Shown here: in pieces, positions 25,565 to 36,275 of the stretch | Numbering within the stretch: position 1 is the first letter of the stretch | How the letters are laid out: each line of letters starts with the position of its first letter | Program-made: the position numbers and the translations under genes | NCBI GenBank assembly: GCA_038087875.1 | Contig: CM075988.1 | Location: 21,888,001 to 21,952,000, forward strand | DNA length: 64,000 nucleotides | Source: Malacoraja senta | Lineage: Eukaryota | Direction of reading: 5' to 3' | The notes under the pieces: generated by a model | Database searches by the model: none | What the model was told of the DNA's origin: nothing | What the model saw: the letters and a program-made list of their open reading frames with translations, nothing else

Positions 25565-27930
25565 CTTTTTTTGTTTTGTTTTTTAATTTTTATTTATTAG
25601 AAGTACATTACATTACAACCAATTACATTAGTACTTATCACTTATTTCTTATTACAATTAATGTACTCCGTCATTTTTTACACTGATAAAAAGGAAAGGT
25701 TGAGATTTAGAAAAAAGAGAAAGTGAAGGAAAATAGTCAAGGTGTAAAAACGTGACAACAAGAAAGAACAGAGACCCTGTAGAAAAGAAATTAAAAAGAA
25801 AGGATTAAGAGATAGACCCTAAAGAAGAAGAAAAAAGTGAAAGAGGAAAAAAGAGAAAAGCAAATACTTTATTATAAGCATCACGCAAATGGGATATACC
25901 AACTCTCCAGCTTTCATCCCCCTTTACCTGACCTCAGTTTTTTTTTAAGTACTTTTGCACCCTATACTTGTAGTAATTCTATAAATGCAGACCACGTCAG
26001 GTGGAAGTGATCTGGTTTACCTGCCAGGAGGAGTCTTATCTCTTCTAGGTGTAATGTTTCAAACATATTTGAAATCCACATGTTTATAGTTGGTATTGGA
26101 GCGTTTTTCCAGAATTTTAGTATTAACTTTTTTCCAGTTATTAACCCGTAATCTATTAATTTCTTTTGAAACACATTTAGTTCAGGACTATCTTCTATTG
26201 TTCCGAAGATAATCCATTCTGCTTTTGGTATCAATTTTATTTTAAATAATTTTGTAAAGATTTCAAAAATTTCAATCCAACATTTTTGAATTTTTGTACA
26301 AAAAACAAATGTGCGCTATAGTAGCTTCTTGAGATTGACATTTATCACAAATGGATGATACATTTTGGAAAATTTTATTAATTTTAGTTTTTGAATAATA
26401 TAATCTATGTAAAATTTTAAATTGTATTAAAGTGTGTCTTACATTAATCGAACATTTATGCACATATAATAGATGTTCATTCCACCTTTCCTTTGAGATT
26501 TTAATAGCTAATTCTTGTTCCCAGTCTCTTCTAATACCTTCCGTAGATGGTATTTCTACATTTAAGATAATATTATACAAATATGATATTAAGTTTGCTG
26601 ATTCAGCTTTTATCTGCATTGCTTCATCCAATACATCTGCTGGGATATTATAATGATCTTTTGTATATTTTTTCAAATAGTCACATATTTAAAAATATTA
26701 AAAATATTGATTATTTCCCAGTTTATATTTTATTTGTAATTGTTGGAATGATAGTAATTTTCCAGTTTCATACAAGTCACCGAACGTTTTAATTCCTAGT
26801 CTATCCCGTTGTATAAAAGATTTGTCTGTAATAGAGGGATTAAACGAAGGGTTATTAACTATTGGAGATAAAAGCGATAGATTTCTTAATTTTAAATTTT
26901 GTTTTATTTGCTTCCAAGTTCTGATTGTACTATGTATAATTGGATTTTTGTTATAATTTATGTTATTCAGTTTCATTGGTGAGAGGAGGATCGCTCCAAT
27001 GTTACCAGAGGAGCAGTCCTCTCGCTCCATTACAATCTAGTCCACTTGCTGGGCAGAGTTGTCCATCAGTTGGATCATATTTTTAATATTTACTGACCAA
27101 TAATAATACATGAAGTTAGGGAGTGCTAAGCCCCCTAATACTTTAGCTTTGTTCAAGTGTGTTCTTTGTATTCTATGGGATTTATAGTCCCATATAAAAT
27201 TAGTAATGTCTGAGTCCAGTTTTTTTTTAAACTTCTTTGGTAGGTGTATAGGAATCGATTGAAATAGATATAAAATTTGTGGTAAGAAGATCATTTTTAT
27301 TGCATTTATTCGGCCCATTAAAGACATCGGAAGCGTTTTCCAAAATTTAATTAATGTATTTAATTTATTAAGTAGAGGATCATAATTTGCTTTGAACATG
27401 CCTTGATATGTTCTGGTAATTTCGATTCCCAAGTATTTAAATTTTTCTGTAGCTATTTTAAAAGGGAATTTTAAAAGATGTGTTGAGTCTTTCGGTTTTA
27501 TTGACACAATTTCACTTTTATTCCAATTTATTCTGTATCCAGAAAAGGATCCAAAGTCCTCAATTAGATTTAATATGTTTGGTATAGTAATTTGAGGTTT
27601 TGTAATGTACAATAATATATCATCCGCGTATAAAGATATTTTATTATTTGAGTATTTAGTATTATAACCATGGATATCTGGATGTGTTCTACTTTTTTCT
27701 GCTAGTGGTTCAATTATGAGAGCAAACAACTGTGGTGATAATGAGCATCCTTGTCTGTTTCCTCTTGATAGTTGAAATTTCGAGGATAATATGTTATTAG
27801 TTAGTATTCTAGCTGTAAGTTTATTATATAATAATTGAAGCCATAAAATATAATTCTCTCCCAGTTGGAATTTTTGTAATACTTTATCCATATAATTCCA
27901 TTCTACTTGGTCAAATGCTTTTTCAGCCAT
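25565..27930 (-). mobile_element. L1-clade LINE 3' fragment (RT, Cys-rich C-terminus, A-tail), decayed
   Basis: AEKAFD, RGNRQGCSLSP, LYADD, GYRINWNKSE, GGLALPN and CDKC..H motifs. T-rich tail at about 25566-25595. Confidence 0.85.
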
Positions 27931-28564
27931 GTACATTTAAACAATTGCGATTGGCCTTATCTTTTGCAAGGATGGAAAACTGCGGGATTTGCCCGCAGGA
28001 GTGTTTGCTGATGCAAACGATGCGCAGCATAGTTTTAACAACATAACTACTGCGATGTTGGATCAGCTCATTCGTATGAATGAGGTGTACAACCGTAGAA
28101 TTATTGAAGCTGTGTTTTGCTTGCGTTGGCAGTAGAATCTGTCGACCTTGTGAGTTTCAGATTTATGGAAAAATGTTATAAGGTTTTCTAATTTGAATTT
28201 CATATTAATGTTAATTAGATGTGGATAAAGTTGGGTTTGTTTAGTTTAGAAGATTTTATTAAAATCTTGCGTGAAATCTTTCACATAAGGTTATTGTTTT
28301 GTGTGGTATTATTCCATAAATATATTATGGGGTGAACTTCTTCTTGCGTATGGCGTGCACAGCCTAAAGTTGTAGGACAACTTGTTCTATTCGATCTTAT
28401 TTGATTGTGCACGCCAGGTTGATTGCATTTGTCGAAACAGGGCAGATCACGTGAAGGTTGCAATCTTCCACCCCATGGGGTGATATAGAAGGGTTATAAG
28501 GTTTTCCCTTTACAGAGGTATGTGAGTTATACTTTGGGGGTATTTGTGTTTTTGATAAAGGTTT

Positions 28565-28680
28565 TTCTCAAAAAAATTAAAAAAAAATAAAAAAAAAAAA
28601 AAAAAAAAAAGTATACATTTTTTTTTAAATTTTTAAAATTTTTAATTTTTTTTTTTTTTTTTTTTTAATTAAAAAAAAAG
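28565..28680. repeat. Poly(A)/poly(T) quasi-palindromic run
   Basis: An A-run, then gtatac, then T-runs. Confidence 0.75.
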
Positions 28681-29064
28681 CTTTCAAGAGAGAGCTAGAT
28701 AGGGCTAAAAATAGCGGAATCAGGGGATATGGGGAGAAGGCAGGAACGGGGTACTGATTGGGGATGATCAGACATGATCACATCGAAGGGCCAAATGGCC
28801 TACTCCTGCACCTATTGTCTATTGTCTATTGTCTGTTAGTAAGCTCACCGGTGCTCTCTTTCTTCTTAACGATGTTATGTAAATGAAAGTAGGCATGTTT
28901 AGTATTTTGTTGCATCTCCTTTGCATGTAATGACTGCTTGAAGTCTGCGATTCATGGACATCACCAGTTGCTGGCGGTCTTCCCTGGTGATGCCCAATTG
29001 ATTTTGGTAAGCCTAAGGTTTGGCTGATGTCTCTAACAGTTTTATTCTTGTTTCTCAGTCTCAT

Positions 29065-29872
29065 TTGATTTGATTTGATTTTGATTCAATTTATTGTCAT
29101 TGCACTTTTCAGTGCAACAAAATGGTTTAGCCTGCAGTCATAACATAGAATAAATAACAAAAACACACACTCAACACAGTTTAACATCCACCACAGTGAG
29201 TCCACCAGGCACCTCCTCACTGTGATGGAAGGCAAAAAGTCCCAAAGTCCATGTCTCTTCCCTCCTTGCTCTCCCTCTGCGCTGAGGCGATCCAGGCCTC
29301 CGGATGATGGTATGTAAGTCCCACGGCTGAATCCGAACGGGCCGGTTCAAACTCCGCGGCCCAGGGCGGTCGAAGCTGCCGAAGCTGCCGCCCTCCAGTC
29401 CAGCGGACGCAGCTGTTGTTGCGGGAGCTACGGAAGAACAGGTCAACAACCTGTGACCTGCGAGCTACCGACGATGTCGTCCACTGGCCCTCGCTGAGCC
29501 TCCGAGGCTCTGAAGTTGGGTCGGAAGTCGGGTTGCAACGCCACCACAGCCCCGAAGTCGGCCAGCCCTGCGCTGGCAAATCCCGGCTGGCTCTGCCTCC
29601 CGAGCCCCGAGGTCGGTCCCAGATGGAGGCCGCCAGCTCCGCGATAGGCCTCAGCGCAGACGGAGACGGAGACGGAGACAGGGGATACGGCAAGAAAGGT
29701 CGCATCCCCCCGAAGGAAGAGCCAAAAAACATGTTTTCTCCCACCCTCCCACACATACACAACTAAAATAAACCAAAACAAACCGCAACAACGGGACAAA
29801 AGAAAACAAAAAAAGAAAAGACAAACGGACTGCAGGCGAGCCGCAGCTGCAAGGCAGCGCCGCCACTTCCGG
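29065..29872 (-). mobile_element. Apparently full-length approximately 800-bp GC-rich non-autonomous retroposon inserted in the Tc1 transposase
   Basis: The minus strand starts ccggaagtggcggcg and ends with AATAAA plus (aatca)n. It interrupts transposase codons EAI|MRLRN. Confidence 0.6.
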
Positions 29873-32800
29873 ATGGCTTCTTTGACTTTCATTGGCACAA
29901 CTTTGGTCCTCATGTTGATAAACAGCAATAAAAGTTTCCAAAGGTGATGGAAAGACTGGAGGAAAGACTAGGCGCGGAGAGCTCTCTTATACCTGCATTA
30001 AGGAGGCAATTAAACACACCTGAGCAATTACAAACACCTGTGAAGCCATGTGTCCCAAACATTATGGTGCCCTGAAATGGGGGGACTGTGTATAAACATA
30101 GCTGTAATTTCTACATTGTGAAACCAAAATGTATAAAAATACCCTTTAATAAAATCTGACAATGTGCACTTTAACTATGTGTGATTTTTTCTATTACAAA
30201 TCTCAAATTGTGGAGTACAGAGGCAAATAAATAAATGATGGGTCTTTGTCCCAAACATTATGGAGGGCGCTGTAGTTTAGTTTACTTTGGAGATACAGAA
30301 CGGAAACAGACGTTCAGCCCACCAGCGATCACGCCGTACACCAAAACTATCCTGCACATTAGGAACAAGTTATCATTTTTACCAAAGCCAATTAACCTAC
30401 AAACCTGCACGTCTTTGGAGCATGGGAGTAAACTAAAGCACCCGGAGAAAACCCACGCAGGTCAAGTCAAGTCACTTTTATTTCTATAGCACATTTAAAA
30501 AACAACTCTCGTTGACCAAAGTGGTGGAGGTACTAACATTGGTGGAGGTACTAATGTTATACAACAGTGGTTCATCGATTAAGTACATACATAAATACAT
30601 ACATATAGCCCTCCCTCAGAGGACGTCAAGAAAGGCTTGAGATTAAAGATGAGTTTTAAATCTCGACTTAAAAGAGTCGATGGAGGGGGCAGTTCTGATG
30701 GGAAGAGGGATGCTGTTCCACAGTCTAGGAGCTGCAACCGCAAAGGCGCGGTCACCCCTGAGCTTATGCTTAGACCGCGCGATGTTCAGTAACCCCAAGT
30801 CGACCGATCTGAGGGACCTGGAGGTGGTGTGGTGGGTAAGCAGACTCTTGATGTAGGTGGGGGCAAGCCCGTTAAGGGCTTTGTAGACATAAAGAAGGAT
30901 CCTGAAATTTATTCGGTACAAGGTCACGGGGAGAATGTACAAACTCCAAACAGACAGGATCAAACCCGGGTCTATGGGGCTGTGAGGCAACGACTCTACC
31001 GCTGCGCCACCGTGCCGCCTCATGACATGAAACTCGGTGGGAACATGAGCCAGAACGGGGTGTTACGTGCCTTCAAGGTGACATCGACAGTCAGAGTGAC
31101 TATGCAATAACACTGACAGACGTAGATGGGTGGAAAATGTGTGGATTACTATGTTCAGTGGAAATAACAAATGCCTTGAATACTTTTTAAAGTAAAAGAC
31201 ATTGAGCAATGCTGACATTCAAAGGAGGTCCTTGTATACTGTACATTGCTGCAAGCTAACATGCACCTTTGAACAATGGAGGGTGGGCAGTGAAATACTT
31301 TACTAATCGCCGCATTATGCTCAGAGATTCAGTGATAACATAATCACTTTGCTTTGCATCATCAGAATCATTTGCTACTGTCGAAGAAGGGTCCCGACCC
31401 GAAATGCCGTCTCTCCATACACTCCACAGATGCTGCCTGACCTGTAGAGTTCCTCCAGGACTTTGGGTCATGCTGGGAACTCTTGTCCATTTTAATCAAT
31501 GCAACTCAATTTTGATATGTGTAGGAAGGAACTGCAGATGCTGGTTTAAACCGAAGATAGACACACGAAGCTGGAGTAACTCAGCGGGACAGGCAGCATC
31601 TCTGGAGAGAAGGAATGCGTGACGTTTCAGGTCGAGACTGAATCCGAAGAAGGGTCTCGACCCATTCCTTCTCTCCAGAGATGCTGCCTGTCGCGCTGAG
31701 TTACTCCAGCTTTTTGTGTTCAATCTCCAATTTTTATATTGTCATCTACAATCAGTTTATCGAATATATGCAGTTTCTCCAATTTCTCTCCTGCATCTGC
31801 TCCCAAACATCACTTATCCTTTCCCTCCATAGATGCTGCCTGACCTGTTGAGTTCCTCCAGCACTTTGCGTGTTGCTCAAGATTCCTGCATCTGCAGTTC
31901 CTTGTGAATCCATTTGGATCCTTCCCCACCCTATTATATGATATTATATTCCTTTTATTCTAGTCGTCCCTCCTCCACCTTCGCTGCCACTGAAAACAAA
32001 CTTGTTTAATCCAATTGTTTATCGTTTATTTTAATGACCTAAAGAAGGGAACAAAATGTAAGGTTTCCAAGTTTGCTAACGATACCAAAGTAAATGGAAA
32101 CACTGGTTGTGATGAGGACATTGAGATTCTGCAAGAGATTACGTGACTGAATGAAAACCAGGCAGATGGAGTTTAATGTGGGGAAATATCAGGTCCCGCA
32201 CTTCAATTAGAGGAATGAAAGGGTGGATGGTTATCGAAATGCAGGGAGCCTGCAAATGAGAAGTTCAGAGGCGTCTAGGTGTTCTAGTCTACGAGTCCCA
32301 AAAGGAATTAGCAGGCAGGTCACACAAGTGCAAAAAGCAAAGTCCTGGAGGAGCCTAATGGGTTGGGCAGCATCAGTGGAGGGAAATGGATGGACGATGG
32401 TTCAGTTCGTAAGTTCATACGTTCTAGGAGCAGAATTAGGCCATTCGGCCCATCAAGTCCACTCCGCCATTCAATCGTGGCAGATGTATCCTTCCCTCTC
32501 AACCCCATTCTCCTGCTTTCTCCCCGTTACCCCTGACACCCGTACTAATCAAGGATCAGTTGGGGCCCTTCTTCAGCCTGGCGGTGAAGATGTGCTGAGG
32601 AAGGACACGTAGCTGTGAGTGTGGGTGAGACCCCGGTCAAGTGGTGGGAGAGCCAAGGGAGTACTAGAGGGGGAACAGTGAGAGAGGGTCCTGAAGAACA
32701 CTTGTCGGAGAGAGGAGGAGAACCACTTCAAAGAGAGGATCATTTGAAGAGATTTCACAGTGGAGCAGTAAAAGGGTCTCAAGGAACTGCAGATGTTGGA

Positions 32801-33421
32801 ATCTTGAGCAAAATACAAACTGCTGGAAGAACTCAGCAGGTCAGGTAGCATCTGAGGGGCAGTGTGTGGAGAAAGGAACTGCAGATGCTGGTTTATACCG
32901 AAGATAGACACAAAGTGCTGGAGTAATTCAGTGGGTCAGGCAGCATCTCTGAAGAAAGCTCCCTAACCAAAACGCTGTCTTCCTCCAGCAATTCGTTTTT
33001 TACTCTAAATTCTGACACAACTAGGCTTTAGAATTGTACAATGAAAATATAATTTGATTTGGTGAGAATGTTTGGAAATAATTAAAACATGCCATTAGCT
33101 TTCTTCACTGCCTGCTGTACCTGCATGCTTACTTTCAGTGACCGATGTACAAGGATACCCAGGTCTCGTTGTACCTCCCCTTCTCCTAATCTGACATCGT
33201 TCAGATAATAATCGGCCTTCCTGTTCTTGCCACCAAGGTGGATAACCTCACATTTATCCACAATATACTGCACCTGCCATGCATCTGCCCACTCATTCCC
33301 TATTGATAGTTTCCAGTTGACCTTTTGTCAGAATTGGGAACATTTTAGAAAGCACCTCAGTTTTAAGTAGCTGAGAAAGAGGAAATGTGGGCCGAGCAAA
33401 GGGAATGACTGTGGTAGGGTG

Positions 33422-34835
33422 GAAAGCCAATGGCATGTTGGCCTTCATTGCGAGAGGATTTGAGTTTAGGAGCAAGGAGGTCCTACTGCAGTTGTACAAG
33501 GCCCTGGTGAGACCGCACCTGGAGTATTGTGTGCAATTTTGGTCTCCTGATTTGAGGAAGGACATTATTGCTATTGAGGGAGTGCAGCGTAGGCTCACCA
33601 GGTTAATTCCCGGGATGGCGGGACTGACATATGATGAAAGAATGGTTCGTATTCTCTGGAATTTAGAAGGATGAGAGGATATCTTATAGAAACATAAAAT
33701 TCTTAGAGGATTGGACAGGGTAGATGCAGGAAAAATGTTCCCGATGTTGGGGGCGTCCAGAACCAGGGTCACTGTTTAAGAATAAGGGGTAGGCCATTTA
33801 GGACTGAGATGAGGAAAAACTTTTTCACCCAGAGAGTTGTGAATCTGTGGAATTCTCTGCCGCAGAAGGCAGTGGAGGCCAATTCACTGGACGTTTTCAA
33901 GAGAGAGTTAGATTTAGCTCTAATGGGCCTGTCCCACTTGGGTGATTTTTCAGGTGACTGCCGGTGACTGTGAAGTCGCCGGCAGTCGCCTGAAAAACTG
34001 GCTACTGGAACGGCGACTGTCAGAGTGGAACACACACACACATCGCTTCCTTCACCAGCCCGTTATGCAGGCGGGGGACAGGGCAAACGGGGGGAGCGCT
34101 GTGTAAAAATTTCACACGGTGCGAAGCCAAGGTGAAACAGACACACACCACGAAGAACAGGAAGGTTGGCGCTGTAAAAAGATGGCCTAAAGCACAGTGT
34201 AGGGTAAGTCCTTTAAAGGAGGGGGGAGGGGGGAGAGGGGGGAGAAGAAGTGGAGACAACTTTTAAGAAACCAGAGATACACAGATGTGAAGCTCGGCAG
34301 ACAGTTAACATTACCGGTCGGTTATCCTTGGTTCTGAAAACTACTGCTTACCTTTTTTTCCCGAATGAGCCAATGAAATGCACCGGTCAGCACTGGCTAC
34401 AACCTACGAGAACCTCCTTCGACCTTCTGGCAACCCACTAGGACCTCCTGCGACCCACCTACGGCACGGGAATTCTCACTACTCTCCATGGCGGCTTCTT
34501 TCTAGTCGCCGCTAATTTTTCAACATGATGAAAAATTCACGGCAACCATAATGAGGCGGCAACCAGTTCGCAGAATGCGGGAACTCCTCACGACCATGAA
34601 GGCGACTTCCCGGCAACCACCCGCGAACATGTGGTGACTGCATAGTCTCCTGCAGTCGCCTAAAAAGTCGCCTAAGTGGGACAGGCCCATTGGGGCAAAG
34701 GGAATCAAGGGATATGGGGAAAAAGCTGGAACAAGGTACTGATTGTGGATGATCAGCCATGGCCATGTTGAATGGCGGTGCTGGCTCGAAGGGCCGAATG
34801 GCCTACTCCTCCACCTATTTTCTATGTTTCTATGA
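33422..34835 (+). mobile_element. CR1 3' fragment interrupted by a Harbinger-like MITE
   Basis: ANGMLAFI..RPHLEYCVQFW motifs. The CR1 3' UTR resumes at 34691 after the MITE. Confidence 0.85.
33924..34689. mobile_element. PIF/Harbinger-like non-autonomous DNA transposon (MITE)
   Basis: TIRs tgggcctgtcccactt and aagtgggacaggccca with TWA-like flanks (taa/ttg; tta in the duplicated copy at 43968-43970). Confidence 0.7.
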
Positions 34836-35349
34836 ACTCGATGGGTCAGGCTGTATTTGTGGAGGGAAATTTACAGAAAATAGCTTGTTCAAAATACTCA
34901 CCACCCTCTGTGTGAAAGAGTTGCCCCTCAGGTTCCTATTAAATCTTTCCCCCTCACCTAAAACCTATGCCCTTGAGTTCTTGATTCCCAGCCTTTGGAA
35001 AAGTCTGTGCATTCATCGTACCAATGCCATTCGTGATTTTACACCTCTTTAAGATCACAAGAAATTACAGATGCTGGGTCCTGAGCAAAGAACAAAATGC
35101 TGGAGGAACTCAGCGGGTCAGGCAGAATCAATGGAGGATAATGGACAGACTGGACTTCAAATGGAAGAAGAGTCCTCAAATGAGATCTGTAAATTTCCCT
35201 CCACAGTTACTGTCTGACCAGTTGAGTTCCTCCAACATTTTGTTTTTTTGCTCTGTAAAATCACCTCTCAGTGTCCCACCCTCCAAGGAATAAAGTCCCA
35301 GCCTGCCCAACCTCCCCATATTCAGGGACAGTTTCTTCCCAGCTGTTCT

Positions 35350-35680
35350 TGGTTCTTGGTTTCTTGGTCCTCCAAAATTTTCCAAATTGGAATTTAAACT
35401 GGAGGTGGTGGAGGGAGGACTTAAGCCAGAAGGGTTTTTTGGGATGAAAGAGCTACCTTAAATTTAGTTGCATCTGGTTGGGTAACTATGGTAGGGTGGA
35501 GATTATTCCATGCTTTAATTGTGCAGGGGAAGAATGAATTGCTGTACACATCTGTCTTGGTAGCTGGAATCTCAAAATGGATCGAATGCACTCGTCTGCT
35601 CCTAATTGGTTTGGGTTTGGTGTAGGTCTTGTAATCTATGTCGAGCTGACCATTTAACATTTTGTAAAAACAGGTCAAAA
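35350..35680 (-). mobile_element. 3' fragment of another LINE (L2/Crack/Daphne-like C-terminus), present only in unit A
   Basis: FYKMLNG..NSFFPCTIKAWNNL with an (aaccaag)n tail and TSD ctgtt. The empty site is visible in unit B at about 44612-44628. Confidence 0.7.
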
Positions 35681-36275
35681 CTGTTATCAGGCAGCTGAAC
35701 CAACTAGCAAACAGTCCTGAGCTACTATCTACCTTGGACTATCTGAAGAAGGGTCTCGACCCGAAACGTCACCTATTCCTTCTCTCCATAGAAGCTGCCT
35801 CACCCGCTAAGTTCCTCCAGCATCTTTGTCTACCTTGGATCATCTTTGATCGGACTTTACTGGCTTTACCTTGTGCTAAACGTTATTCCCTTATCGTGTA
35901 TCCACACACTGTAAATGGCTCGATTGTAATCATGTATTGTCTTTCCGCTGTCTGGTTATTACTGTACCTTAGTACGCATGACAATAAACTGAACTGAACT
36001 ATGGCTCAGACCCTTGAGTCCTAACAATATCCTCGTAAATCTCTGCATTCTTTCAGGCATTTTTTCAATAAAAGTTTCTTGGTCATGAGGAGCAGCCTGG
36101 AAAGATCGGAACCGTCCCCAGTCTATGTCGGACCGACTATCAAATGGAACTTTACTGCAAGTTTCAAGGGGGTTTGTTCAATTTTCATTCCGCCAGGAAC
36201 CACCAGAGTTTGCCACTAGGTTTCTCAATCAGTAATGAGAGCAGAGATCTGTTGCCTCTCCTCCCTCAGGATTTA

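Larger units (their letters stand above)
23416..30272 (-). mobile_element. Tc1/mariner (IR-DR type) transposon disrupted by nested insertions
   Basis: TA-flanked CAGTG...CGCTG ends. Inverted repeats of about 220 bp, each with outer and inner direct repeats (taatgtttgggaca). Transposase pieces: GGGVMAW..QQDNDPKH..WPSQSPDLN (23667-24155), GRPRKT (about 25000) and an N-terminal HTH (28840-29065, 29870-29910). Confidence 0.9.

Noticed and set aside
29217..29941. Several overlapping 96-181 aa ORFs
   Set aside because: They arise from stop-poor GC-rich repeat sequence, are open in several frames and show no domain motifs.
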